Virus record (IMG/VR): IMGVR_UViG_3300025387_000007
Coordinates: 1-34,015 of that record
Reading direction: 5' to 3' (one strand)
Origin: a virus
Taxonomy: Duplodnaviria > Caudoviricetes
Length of the DNA: 34,015 bases
The notes under the pieces are model-generated. The model did no database searches. It was not told the DNA's origin and saw only the letters and a program-made list of their open reading frames with translations. The number at the start of each line of letters is the position of its first letter. Within the stretch, counting starts at the first letter, position 1. The position numbers and the translations under genes are program-made. Shown in pieces: positions 1-8,954 of this stretch.

Positions 1-33
1 CTGAAGCTGTGGCCGTTGTGGTCAGGCTGCCAA
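1..33. repeat. 33-nt terminal overlap (copy at 33983-34015), most likely an assembler k-mer overlap
   Basis: CTGAAGCTGTGGCCGTTGTGGTCAGGCTGCCAA at both ends; it lies inside the 75-bp tandem repeat. Confidence 0.9.
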
Positions 34-200
34 GAGTGAGCGTCAAGCCACCCGTGGTTGGCGTGGGTGCTGTGGCTGAAGCTGTGGCCGTTGTGGTCAG
101 GCTGCCAAGAGTGAGCGTCAAGCCACCCGTGGTTGGCGTGGGTGCTGCGCTGGCGGCGGTGCCAGTGAGCGACACCGGGCCCAAGGTGACGGTGAGCCTT
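1..200. repeat. 75-bp (25-aa) coding tandem repeat, left part
   Basis: Sequence at 1 recurs at 76; unit LTLTLGSLTTTATASATAPTPTTGG on the minus strand. Confidence 0.92.
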
Positions 201-319
201 GCCGTGCTGGTGGGTGTGGCCTGTGGCTGCACCGCACCGATGGACACAAAGCTCAGGCTGGTGCCCGGGGACGTGCCCGGCTTAACCGCACCAATCGAAA
301 GGTAGCCTTGACTCGCCAA
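1..319 (-). CDS. 5' part of the repeat-stalk/tail-terminator fusion protein (continues at the window end down to 33108; ~397 aa as assembled); missed by the ORF track
   Basis: TTG at 319 preceded by GAGGT; reads MASQGYLSIGAVKPGTSPGTSLSFVSIGAVQPQ...LTLTLGSLTTTATAS; same frame as ORF 33108..33953 across the junction. Confidence 0.85.
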   Translation of the reverse strand, partial: MASQGYLSIGAVKPGTSPGTSLSFVSIGAVQPQATPTSTARLTVTLGPVSLTGTAASAAPTPTTGGLTLTLGSLTTTATASATAPTPTTGGLTLTLGSLTTTATAS

Positions 320-1702
320 TTAGACCTCAAACTGGCCGGGGAAGCCAGCCTGCCGTGAGAGTGCGGTGGTCGTCAGGCTGAAATCGTGCGATGCCGCTGC
401 CGTGAACGGTGATGAGACTTCGGCAATCGTGCTGCCGAAAATCTGCTGAGCCGAGAAGCTATTGGTTTGGCCCGATGTGCAGTTTGCGAAAGCATTGTTC
501 AGCAAGGCCACGGTATGAGTTGCGCCGTTGCCGTTGATGCCGTAGCCGCTGCAATTCACGAACAGATTGTTGGCGATGATGCCGCCTGTTGTGCCGTATC
601 GTAGCCAGATGCCATCGGACGATGAGTTGTAAATCGTGTTGTTCACGATTGTGACAAAGGCATTTGTGTTTTGCATTGACAGCGAAACGCCGGCCGTTGA
701 GTCGAAGACGCTGTTTTGAATTGTGCCGCCATAAAAGATCAGATTGCTTGCACCTCGATAGGTGCAACCTTCCATGACGAGCGTACCGGAAATCTGTAAA
801 CCAGCGCCTGATGAAACGCCGAAGAATCCGCACCCGATGACCTCAAGCGTGCCGGACGATGTTGAAGCAATCGCAACGCGTAATGTGCTGGTGAACCTGC
901 ATCGGTACGCCTGGACTGTTCCCGCTCCGCTGAAAACCACGGCTGCCTGAGTGTTCGCCGGGCCGGTGCCCGGACCAGTAAATTCCAGATTCGAGAGTGT
1001 CGTATAGTTGGACAGGACGAACTGAGTACTGCTTGTGGTGGTGATCTGAGGTCTTGAGCCTGTGACCGTCGTTCCGCTGGTGTTGATCAGCGTGCCGCCC
1101 ACGTTGGCGCAATTGTCGATATCAGCCACGCCGCTGGTGATGGTGCTGTAGTAGCCACGCCACCAAATCGGTTTTGCTACCAGGCCCACGGGCAGCGTGA
1201 TGGTTGCGGCAGAGATCGCATACGTACCGGCAAGGATATTGACGCGGAGGCCGGTGTACGTGGAACCCGTCATCGCACCTGAGAGCGATGGCGTCGTCCC
1301 GTTCATCGCATAGCCGCTGTTCGTGATGGCGAACGATGAGCCCCAAGCACCACCGATTCGGCAGTTCACGGTTCCCGTCAGCGACGATGGCGAGCCTAGG
1401 CCGGTTGTACTGTAGTAAGGTGGGGTGGTACTGCACGATACCGTGATGATCGAGCTCGTACCGTCTACGGTCGCTACGGTGCCTGTCATGCGGGCGGCTG
1501 TGTCGCCCGTGTTGCTGAACGCTACCCATGCACCGACCGACGTACCTGAAAACGCGCCCGTGGTGCCCGCCGTGAAGGTGAACACCCCGGTCGTCGTATT
1601 CAGGCTGATTGTCCCTGAGATCGACGAAGACGGAGTGGTGGTATCCGTCCCCGCGTTGAGGTCCGATCCGGTCGTCTGCATGTACAGATCAAGGAGAGCC
1701 AT
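320..1702 (-). CDS. Thr/Ser/Gly-rich virion protein with a C-terminal right-handed parallel beta-helix (pectin-lyase-like)
   Basis: 460 aa; repeats such as IVNNTIYN..SDGI, IANNLFVNCSGYGI, LLNNAFAN, ending PFTAAASHDFSL..RQAGFPG; lies among virion genes. Confidence 0.75.
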   Translation of the reverse strand: MALLDLYMQTTGSDLNAGTDTTTPSSSISGTISLNTTTGVFTFTAGTTGAFSGTSVGAWVAFSNTGDTAARMTGTVATVDGTSSIITVSCSTTPPYYSTTGLGSPSSLTGTVNCRIGGAWGSSFAITNSGYAMNGTTPSLSGAMTGSTYTGLRVNILAGTYAISAATITLPVGLVAKPIWWRGYYSTITSGVADIDNCANVGGTLINTSGTTVTGSRPQITTTSSTQFVLSNYTTLSNLEFTGPGTGPANTQAAVVFSGAGTVQAYRCRFTSTLRVAIASTSSGTLEVIGCGFFGVSSGAGLQISGTLVMEGCTYRGASNLIFYGGTIQNSVFDSTAGVSLSMQNTNAFVTIVNNTIYNSSSDGIWLRYGTTGGIIANNLFVNCSGYGINGNGATHTVALLNNAFANCTSGQTNSFSAQQIFGSTIAEVSSPFTAAASHDFSLTTTALSRQAGFPGQFEV

Positions 1703-2028
1703 TACTGAGGATATCCGTTAACCTGAATGGCGTTAGCCTGCTGAACGGCGGTGGTTGTTGCGAGTGCCACGTTTGCGGCCTGGCATTCGGTAAGGAAGAC
1801 AACGACCTGCCCCACGTTGATGGGTGGGCGTCCATCGACGCTTGACCCGTCGTCAATGACCTGTGTCTGATCGGTGACGGCTTGAAGAATTGCCAAGATG
1901 CCTTGCCCAGTGCTTGTAGCCAGCACATGCTGAACGGCCAACGAGAGCCGAACGATATCATCGGCAAGCGGGCGAAGAGCCTCATTGCAGAACCGAGCGA
2001 CCTGAGGATTTGAGTAGAGCGTTGCCAT
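1702..2028 (-). CDS. Hypothetical virion-module protein (108 aa, MATLYSNPQV...)
   Basis: ATG at 2028 directly after the upstream stop; TAATG overlap with the next gene. Confidence 0.7.
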   Translation of the reverse strand: MATLYSNPQVARFCNEALRPLADDIVRLSLAVQHVLATSTGQGILAILQAVTDQTQVIDDGSSVDGRPPINVGQVVVFLTECQAANVALATTTAVQQANAIQVNGYPQ

Positions 2029-2029
2029 T

Positions 2030-2341
2030 CTATTTTGCCTCTTGGGTTGGTGTGGCTTGTGCGAGGGTGACGGCGAGGGCGTAATCAATAGCTTGGCGAA
2101 CATGCTCGGCAGTCGTGGCAAACTTGCTGGCCACTGCCACCGCGTCAGGCTGGAGAGCAAACGCTTCGGCAATCGCTGCCACGGTGGTGCCGTTGTCTTC
2201 GATCCTGATGCCCTTGCCGTGCTGCTCGGGTGCGAATGTGAGCAACGGGTAAGCGTCAAGCGAGATCGAACCAGGGCGTGCCACGCACTCGGCAGAGCCC
2301 ACAATCTGGATCGGTCCTGTTGGCAAAGTTGCGTCGGCCAT
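2030..2341 (-). CDS. DUF433-like HTH protein (103 aa, MADATLPTG...)
   Basis: PEQHGKGIRIEDNGTTVAAIAEAF...AVASKFATTAEHVRQAIDYA resembles the DUF433 pattern; ATG 2 nt after the upstream stop. Confidence 0.55.
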   Translation of the reverse strand: MADATLPTGPIQIVGSAECVARPGSISLDAYPLLTFAPEQHGKGIRIEDNGTTVAAIAEAFALQPDAVAVASKFATTAEHVRQAIDYALAVTLAQATPTQEAK

Positions 2342-2343
2342 GC

Positions 2344-2730
2344 TTAGACGTTCCCTTCGGTCAAGGTAAATTGCGTGACAGATACGGTGCCGCCCAAGCT
2401 GACGGTGGTGGTGAAGCTGAGCTCGCCACCGCTCACGCCTGCGGTCCCCTCGGCATAGATTGTGGCACCCGTGCTGTCGGTGATTCGCCAGTAGCCCGGT
2501 GTTCCCGATGCTGCTGCCGATGTGTCTTGCCATGTGCCACTGAGTGTAGCCACGCCGCTTGCCACCGTCCAGGCCGTGGAGGGGAGCGAGATGGTGCTTA
2601 AGAGCGTGCCGGTTGCCGCGTTGGCAACGCCCGGAGCGCTGCCCGTGTAGATCTTGAGTTTGGCCGTGCTGCCGATGTTGGTGGTTAGCGTGGTGATGCG
2701 GGCGGTGCGTTGTGTGGTCGAAAGCTGCAT
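2344..2730 (-). CDS. Small beta-rich virion structural protein (fibre/appendage-associated type)
   Basis: 128 aa; LKIYTGSAP..ATGTLL and AAASGTPGYWRI motifs typical of a widespread phage structural family; AGAGGGG RBS. Confidence 0.7.
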   Translation of the reverse strand: MQLSTTQRTARITTLTTNIGSTAKLKIYTGSAPGVANAATGTLLSTISLPSTAWTVASGVATLSGTWQDTSAAASGTPGYWRITDSTGATIYAEGTAGVSGGELSFTTTVSLGGTVSVTQFTLTEGNV

Positions 2731-2739
2731 TGGCCCCTC

Positions 2740-3093
2740 TTAGAGTTGGCTGCCTGGTGCGCCTTGAGAGGGCACCTCGGTACAGAGCAATTGATAAGTT
2801 CGGTTGCGTTCGTCGAGGTTCAACGCTTCGGCTACCTGGAAGGTTCGGCCGTCGATCTGCAAGTTATCGGAGGGGTAGATGGCCCCGAAGTAACGCATGG
2901 TGATCTGGTGAGAAATGTCTTCGCGTAACTGGCGAGCGATCTCCAGCGACTTGCCCCGCAGCGGTTTCAACTCGCACCAGTACGGGCCAAGTGTGATGTT
3001 TGAACCGCCCCCGCTGATCACCTGGCCAAAGCTGTCCACTGTGTCTACCGAGCGAAGCACGGTGACCCGTTTTCGCATGAGGCCGGCTCTCAT
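2740..3093 (-). CDS. Head closure protein (SPP1 gp16-like)
   Basis: MRAGLMRKRVTVLR..D.FGQ..W..LKPLRG...SHQITMRY...DGRTFQV...LLCTE. Confidence 0.9.
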   Translation of the reverse strand: MRAGLMRKRVTVLRSVDTVDSFGQVISGGGSNITLGPYWCELKPLRGKSLEIARQLREDISHQITMRYFGAIYPSDNLQIDGRTFQVAEALNLDERNRTYQLLCTEVPSQGAPGSQL

Positions 3094-3737
3094 GAGTAGC
3101 CTCCCCAGTCTTCAGTGGATAGCAAGGCGTCTACCGAGTTCGGAACCTCGGTGATGGTCGAGCCAACAATCACCTCTTCACGGTTCTCGTACCAGTTGCC
3201 AACCATTAACTTCATGGCCACTTTGATGGTTTCGGGCACGGCCGACGCATCGCCATAGCCAACCACAAGACGCACGCGAACAGCATCAATCGTGGGGCGA
3301 GCGATCGGCCAGACTTTGCCATAAACAGGCTGAATCCTGCCCGGTGTGCCAACGCTGTAGGTGTAGAGCGAGGGGTCGATAGTCTGATAGGTGCCGTTGT
3401 AATCGAGGTAATAAACGCCCGTGATGCTTTGCACAGGTGGTCTGGGCAGATCGAGGAGTCCGGTCGAGGTAGGCAGCCAGTAAGGAGACGGACCCATCTG
3501 GCGAATCATGCTGTTGTAGTAGCCGCCACCCCAGGGAAAATTATCGAAGTAGCAGTCGATGGTCTGTGTGCAGATGGCCCGCCGCAACCGAGTCTCACAC
3601 ACGGAACGGGCGGCCGTGATCAGGCTGGAGATCAAAGCGTCATCGTCTGAGATTGAAACTCGGAGATGGAGCTTGGCTTCATCCAGGGACACTGGCTCAA
3701 CAGATGGCGGTGTGACGATCTCGGTGCGCTGGGCCAC
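3090..3737 (-). CDS. Head-tail connector/adaptor (HK97 gp6/phiE125 gp8-like)
   Basis: EPVSLDEAKLHLRV..DDALISSLITAAR...VPETIKVAMKLMVGNWYENRE. Confidence 0.92.
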   Translation of the reverse strand: MAQRTEIVTPPSVEPVSLDEAKLHLRVSISDDDALISSLITAARSVCETRLRRAICTQTIDCYFDNFPWGGGYYNSMIRQMGPSPYWLPTSTGLLDLPRPPVQSITGVYYLDYNGTYQTIDPSLYTYSVGTPGRIQPVYGKVWPIARPTIDAVRVRLVVGYGDASAVPETIKVAMKLMVGNWYENREEVIVGSTITEVPNSVDALLSTEDWGGYS

Positions 3738-3740
3738 AGG

Positions 3741-3947
3741 TTACCCTCGGGTTTCTACCTTGCGGGCTTTGGTTGTAACCTCTCGCACTTTGGGAGAGGC
3801 CGCTTGTTTGGGTGTTGTTGGGGGTGCCTCGCACACTGCCCCAGATTGGAGCAGTGCACGGGTGGTTTCGGTGGGGATGTCCGCTGTTTCGTCGATCGCG
3901 TAAGAATGCGTACCAACAAAACAGGGGCGAAGAAACTGAACGATCAT
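3741..3947 (-). CDS. Small head-associated protein following the capsid gene
   Basis: 68 aa, tightly packed; ordered N-terminus and basic disordered tail, as is common at this position. Confidence 0.7.
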   Translation of the reverse strand: MIVQFLRPCFVGTHSYAIDETADIPTETTRALLQSGAVCEAPPTTPKQAASPKVREVTTKARKVETRG

Positions 3948-3949
3948 GA

Positions 3950-5290
3950 TCAGCTCGTCTTGCCGTCCACGATCACCGCGAAGGACTCAGGGTGACGCAG
4001 GTTGATGTCCAGATCCTGCAACGCCACGATTCGGATCGAGCCGATGGAAGATCCGGTGTAGGGGTCAACCAACAGGTCGATACCGCTCCACATCGGGATC
4101 ACCAGGTCTGCCCAGTTGCCGAACAGGATTGCCGAAAGAGCGGTGCCGGTTCCCTTGGTCAGGTTGGCAGGCACCAGGTTGGTGACGCCGCACTGGTAGC
4201 CGTTCAGCGGGGTCTGGGGCGCGTCTGGGTTCCAGATGTAGCTGGGGAAGTTGGGCACCTTGGTCGTACTCTTGAGGTAGCCCCTCATCGGTGCGTTGGT
4301 CAGGTAGCCCAGGTTCCCGAAGTCGGCGTTCGCCGTGGCTACTATCGCTTCCAGGGCAACGATGTTGGCCCAGGCGGGGTTAGCACCGTTGGTGCCGAGC
4401 GAGACCAGGCCAACGGCTGGCGTGTCGCCCGTTCGGGCCATGATGCCTTTTGGCTGGTTGCTGGAACCGCTGCCGTTGATGGCTGCGGTTTCAATGGCAC
4501 GGGCCAGGATGGCGGTGAGGTCTCGCTTGACGAAAGCCTCGGCGTCCTGGTTGGTCTGCTCCATGAACCGACGGGTGTAGTCGGTGTAAGCACCCACGGT
4601 TTTGGGCGAGAACGGCACCTGGTCAATCGTCTGGTTAGACGCTGTTGGCGCGGAGCCTTCAGCCACCCAGTACGACGTGCCGGACAGGTTTTGGCGGGGA
4701 ATGGCAAACAAGCCCTGCATGTCGGTCATCACTGTAGCGCCCATCGCCACGACCGAGAGTCGAGCGCGGAGCAGGTCGATCAGCGTGCCATCAAGGATGG
4801 TCGGGATCGAGCCAGTACCAGCGGTGGTATCGAGTGCCCGCTGTTCCGTTCCGCTGCGGATTGAAACGTCCCAGGGGATCATGATGCCCTGAGCAGCACC
4901 ACCCGACGCAGCCTTACGCTTGGCAAGTTCCTGGTGGACTTCCAGCTCAATGCCATCAAGGGCAGGAGCGCCGGGCAGGCGGGACCGGATGGCCCGCATG
5001 ATGCTGTACTGGTGGCGTCCGTTGGCGGTGTTGGCAGGGTCGTTGTGGGGCAGTTGGGCGGGAGCGCTGGAGCGCTTGGCGTCAACGGCTGCCCACAGCT
5101 TTTCTCGTGCTTCGATGGTCCCGGCCTCATCGAACAGCTTGTTCGCCTTGTCGAGGGCTGCGTCATAAGTCCGCAGTTCATCCTCGGTGAAGTCACGCCC
5201 GCTGGCGTCGTTCTTCACGGCTTCGTAAATGGCCTTTGCGGCTGCCTGCTGCGCGGCTGCCTCGGCCCTCAACTCTTGGGGCTTCTTCAA
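3950..5290 (-). CDS. Major capsid protein, HK97 fold, with N-terminal scaffold (delta) domain; 446 aa from TTG at 5290
   Basis: WVAEG, FSPKT, AINGSG..QPKGI, ILFGNW..L, VDPYT, RHPESF; AGGAG RBS and TTGA overlap with the protease stop. Confidence 0.95.
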   Translation of the reverse strand: MKKPQELRAEAAAQQAAAKAIYEAVKNDASGRDFTEDELRTYDAALDKANKLFDEAGTIEAREKLWAAVDAKRSSAPAQLPHNDPANTANGRHQYSIMRAIRSRLPGAPALDGIELEVHQELAKRKAASGGAAQGIMIPWDVSIRSGTEQRALDTTAGTGSIPTILDGTLIDLLRARLSVVAMGATVMTDMQGLFAIPRQNLSGTSYWVAEGSAPTASNQTIDQVPFSPKTVGAYTDYTRRFMEQTNQDAEAFVKRDLTAILARAIETAAINGSGSSNQPKGIMARTGDTPAVGLVSLGTNGANPAWANIVALEAIVATANADFGNLGYLTNAPMRGYLKSTTKVPNFPSYIWNPDAPQTPLNGYQCGVTNLVPANLTKGTGTALSAILFGNWADLVIPMWSGIDLLVDPYTGSSIGSIRIVALQDLDINLRHPESFAVIVDGKTS

Positions 5291-5907
5291 TTTACAAGAC
5301 TCCTGAGGAGGGATTCTGATAGCCGAATCCGCGCGGCTGCCAGGTTCAACCGCCTGGCTCGGTGTTCCTTCGATTGACTGGCGTGCCACTCGTTGAGAGA
5401 TCGCATGCCAACGGAGGTGTCTGGATAGGCGGGTTCTGTCACAACAGAAACGTCATGGAGGTTGGCGCGGTAGATTTCGCGGAGGTCGCCGGTTTCGCCT
5501 CGCATCCACTTTTGATCTGTCTTGGGGTTGGGCAAGGTGAAGGCGAAAGACATACCTTTGAGATCGCCCCGCTTCACAAGTTCCATCACGTCACGGCCGA
5601 CGGTGGTGTTGGGTGGCTTGATCTCCACCAGTAGCCCGGTGGTGTCTTCCGAGGCTGTCAGCGTATTACTGGATCGCCTGCCAAGCAGCATGGATGGGTC
5701 GTGGTTGTACAGGGCCACCACGTCATCACCGTTGGCGAGCGATCGAGCAAAGGCGCCGGGCATGATCATCTCCCGGAAGCCGCCCAAGTCTTGCGACCAG
5801 CTATTAAAGACGCTGGCGTAACCACGGATAACCGGCGTGTCGTTACCGTCGCCATCGTCCAGTACCCTGAATTCCAGCGGGATAAACCGCCGCTCAATAC
5901 TGTTCAT
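5287..5907 (-). CDS. HK97-family prohead protease
   Basis: IRGYASVFN..SQDLGGFREMI.PGAF, LYNHD, GMSFAF, DVSVVTEPAYPDT. Confidence 0.96.
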   Translation of the reverse strand: MNSIERRFIPLEFRVLDDGDGNDTPVIRGYASVFNSWSQDLGGFREMIMPGAFARSLANGDDVVALYNHDPSMLLGRRSSNTLTASEDTTGLLVEIKPPNTTVGRDVMELVKRGDLKGMSFAFTLPNPKTDQKWMRGETGDLREIYRANLHDVSVVTEPAYPDTSVGMRSLNEWHASQSKEHRARRLNLAAARIRLSESLLRSLVN

Positions 5908-7180
5908 CAGCGTCTTCCTCCCCTTCGTTAGTGGGGTCTGGCGGTTCGTTCGGCTCTTGTGATTCGGGAACGTCTTGGGGCTCGCCAGCCTCTTCCAGCG
6001 TGGTCATGTTGAGGGGCACAAGACGCTTGTCACCGCCCTGGTCAGCAGGAACGGGGTTGAGTCCTTCGATCTCGCACATCTGGTTAATAGACAACACACC
6101 CAAGCCAGCGAGCGTCTTGAGCCATTCAGCTCGGCTCTTCATGTCGCCACGCAAGAATGCGGACATATCGTGTTTGACGAAGTAGCCCTGTGCCCGTTCC
6201 TTCTCAGTGAAGAGCTTGAGATTGACTTCCTGCTCAATCTGTTCAAGCCACGGCATGAGCGTTGTGGTCAGGTAGTCGATGTTGCTTTCTTCGATGTTCG
6301 AGAGGTGGGCGTTGGTCAGGTCTGCGATCTTGTGCGGGGGCAGCCGGAACATCCGGCAGATTTCGATCACCTGAAACTGACGAGTAGCCAAGAACTGGGC
6401 GTCATCCGGGTTGATCGTGGAGTTCTGCCATTCCAAGCCCTCTTCAAGAACAGCCAAGCGGTGAGCGTTCTTGGTGCCCTGGTGGATGTTCTCAAACCGC
6501 TCACGGAGTCGCTGTGCCGCTTCCGCGGAGAGCTTCTTCGGGGTCTTCAGGTAGCCCCGTGGCTGGCTGCCGTTACCAAACAATGCCGCGCCAAACTCTT
6601 CGGCAGCGATGCCCAAGCCAATCGCTTGGCGAGCCATCGAAACAGGCGAGTAGCCAACCAGGCCGTCATACCCCAGGCCAGCCAGGTGCAGCACCCGACG
6701 AGGTGGCAATGAATCCTGGCTAGGGGCTGGCTCGTACCACAGTCGGCCAGCGTCAGACCGCCACGGCCTGGTGGTTGGTGCCATGAGCTTGAGAGCATCG
6801 GGGCGGCCTGCACCGTCAAACACGATTTCCCTGTACCCGTTACCCCAGCCCAACACATGGCCCATTAGCGCCTGTCGGTATCGCACGGCCGTTGTTTCGG
6901 CGTCTGGCGAGACGTTTAGCAGGCCGTGAACCGGGTGGTCATAGATACGATCTCGGCCACCGCTCTTGCGGTATCGGTACACGCACAGGGGCAAGCATGC
7001 CGTATCGGTTGCAATCACGTTAATGGCCGCAAAAACGGCCGTGAACTGCATCGCCGTATTGGGCGTGACCAGGATGCCAGAGAGTACCGGGTTGGTGAGA
7101 GACAGAGGCATGCCCAGGCCGGCGTTTGCCGGTTGTGCTGCGCGTCTCTCTAGTCCCCATCGCTGGCGCAGTGCAAGCAT
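5894..7180 (-). CDS. HK97-family portal protein
   Basis: AVFAAINVIA, GNGY, GYSPV, LEEGLEW, AQFLATRQF..EICRMFRLPP. Confidence 0.96.
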   Translation of the reverse strand: MLALRQRWGLERRAAQPANAGLGMPLSLTNPVLSGILVTPNTAMQFTAVFAAINVIATDTACLPLCVYRYRKSGGRDRIYDHPVHGLLNVSPDAETTAVRYRQALMGHVLGWGNGYREIVFDGAGRPDALKLMAPTTRPWRSDAGRLWYEPAPSQDSLPPRRVLHLAGLGYDGLVGYSPVSMARQAIGLGIAAEEFGAALFGNGSQPRGYLKTPKKLSAEAAQRLRERFENIHQGTKNAHRLAVLEEGLEWQNSTINPDDAQFLATRQFQVIEICRMFRLPPHKIADLTNAHLSNIEESNIDYLTTTLMPWLEQIEQEVNLKLFTEKERAQGYFVKHDMSAFLRGDMKSRAEWLKTLAGLGVLSINQMCEIEGLNPVPADQGGDKRLVPLNMTTLEEAGEPQDVPESQEPNEPPDPTNEGEEDADEQY

Positions 7181-7404
7181 TAAAGAGTCCTGGTTTGCTG
7201 GCGTGGGTAGACTGGCAGATCAGGTTGCGGGGTATCGTCCGGTTCATTGCTGGCCAGCGAATGCAGGCCAATCAAGACCTCAGACGCAGCAACGAGGGCA
7301 CGGCCAAAGGCCAGAGCGATCTCTGGTGGCACGGGGCTGTCATCAGCTTCCACAGCGATGGCTGGCCCGTCTTCCGCAGCGACGATGGATAGCCTGAGGC
7401 TCAT
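7180..7404 (-). CDS. Hypothetical 74-aa protein between terL and portal
   Basis: ATGA and TAATG overlaps with both neighbours. Confidence 0.6.
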   Translation of the reverse strand: MSLRLSIVAAEDGPAIAVEADDSPVPPEIALAFGRALVAASEVLIGLHSLASNEPDDTPQPDLPVYPRQQTRTL

Positions 7405-8954
7405 AAGATCAACAGGTCCTGATGTTCGTAACAGGAATCAGATTGCGGGCCACCCATGCCAACAGCCACACCCATCACGGCTGCCGCCACACCGTCAATG
7501 CGGCCAGAACTGTTGGATTTGCTTGGCAGTACCAGGCCGGTACGTTCTTTGAGGCTGGCGTTGGCGACACACATACGCATCACGGGGTGGCCGTTGTGTC
7601 GGATCTTGCCTTCCACAACCAGCCGCTCGAATTCGCGGGTGGGTGCGTTCAGCACAGTGAAGGTGTTTCGCACCTCGACCATCGGCAGCCCATCGCCATC
7701 TTGGTAGAGCTGGCTGGCCAGCATCTGGGCAAACTGCGGGTCGAAACCGATCGAGCGAAACTGGTACTCTTTGGCGAGGTCAAGGAGCTTGGCCTTGATG
7801 TACTCGTAGTCGATCCGCTTGCCACCTGTCTGTTCCAGGAACCCGTCCCGAGTCCAGACGGTGTACGGGGTGCGGTCGGCCTTCTCGCGTTCAATCGCTG
7901 TCTCACCGGGCAACCAGAACCAAGGGAGGATGTCGTACCCACCCAACTCGTTCGGGAACATCAGCACCAGGGCGGTGAGGTCCTTGGTACTGGAGAGGTC
8001 AAGGCCCGCCACACACTCACGGCCAGCGAAATCTTCAGGGGTGAAATCGGCCTTGCAGTTGTCCCAGGTCTCCAGCGAGATCCAGCGGTTTGCTTGCTCG
8101 GTCCACTGGTTGAGGAACAACTGCCGAAAGGTGTTTTCGTACGCTGGTAGCTTCTGGGCTCGGTTGCACTCTTCGCGGATGTAGTCGAGACTGCAAAAGT
8201 CGTCGAGGGCTGGCATGCACGCACGCCAAGTAGACTCGGCTCGCCAGTCAGCATCCGGTGCGGCCTCGTACAAAATCGGCAGGAAGTCGGGATCTTCGAC
8301 CAGGCCGTCCCTTACTCGCCTGGCGTACTCCCACAACTCCCAGCAGATTGACTGTCGATCCCACCCAGCGGTGGTGATGTAGATGGTGAGGGGTTCAAGA
8401 CGGGCACCGTAGCCGGTGGTGAGAACGTCGTGGAGTTCCCGGTCTGGCAACACGTGGACTTCATCGAACAGCACGGCCGAGGGACTGAGCCCGTGCTTGT
8501 ATCCAGCCTCTCGGCTAAGAGCCTCAAAAGTGTTGCCGAGGGGGCCATACTCAATCCGCTTGTAAGAGTCGTAAATCAGGCACCGTTCAGACAGGATCGG
8601 GTCTGACCGGATCATGCTGGCCAGCGTTTTAAAGATCAGTGACGCTTGCGCCCGGTCGCCTGAAGCCGAGTAAATCTGCTGCTGCTCTTTACCTTGACAC
8701 TCGCCCACAAGCAGGTAACCAGCGATGGCTGCCGTTAGTGTGGTCTTGGCCTGCTTACGGGGCAGCGCCAGGAACATCCGCTTGTATTGTCGCCGCCCAT
8801 TGGTGCGGAGTTTGCCGAATAGCTTGCGGAGGATGTCTTGCTGCCAGGGCCGGGGGTCAAACGGCTGGCCAGCGAAGTCTCCCACGAGTTTCAGCTTACT
8901 GACGAACTTGATCGCCAGTTCACCTCGATCAATCTGTTTGGCTTTAGCCGACAA
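7401..8954 (-). CDS. terL: Terminase large subunit
   Basis: Walker A variant LPRKQAKT, Walker B VLFDEVH, ITTAG, GLDLSSTKDLTA, RIDG. Confidence 0.96.
   Translation of the reverse strand: MSAKAKQIDRGELAIKFVSKLKLVGDFAGQPFDPRPWQQDILRKLFGKLRTNGRRQYKRMFLALPRKQAKTTLTAAIAGYLLVGECQGKEQQQIYSASGDRAQASLIFKTLASMIRSDPILSERCLIYDSYKRIEYGPLGNTFEALSREAGYKHGLSPSAVLFDEVHVLPDRELHDVLTTGYGARLEPLTIYITTAGWDRQSICWELWEYARRVRDGLVEDPDFLPILYEAAPDADWRAESTWRACMPALDDFCSLDYIREECNRAQKLPAYENTFRQLFLNQWTEQANRWISLETWDNCKADFTPEDFAGRECVAGLDLSSTKDLTALVLMFPNELGGYDILPWFWLPGETAIEREKADRTPYTVWTRDGFLEQTGGKRIDYEYIKAKLLDLAKEYQFRSIGFDPQFAQMLASQLYQDGDGLPMVEVRNTFTVLNAPTREFERLVVEGKIRHNGHPVMRMCVANASLKERTGLVLPSKSNSSGRIDGVAAAVMGVAVGMGGPQSDSCYEHQDLLIL

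Noticed and set aside
9-305. Plus-strand 98-aa ORF
   Set aside because: Antisense to the stalk gene, which has an RBS and continues in frame into the terminator domain
320-322. Genome-wide stop codon reassignment
   Set aside because: TAA, TAG and TGA all end conserved genes at expected positions, often in start/stop overlaps, and core genes are not fragmented
3992-8150. Long plus-strand ORFs (290, 245 and 242 aa) opposite capsid, portal and terL
   Set aside because: Antisense shadows typical of GC-rich genes; no motifs
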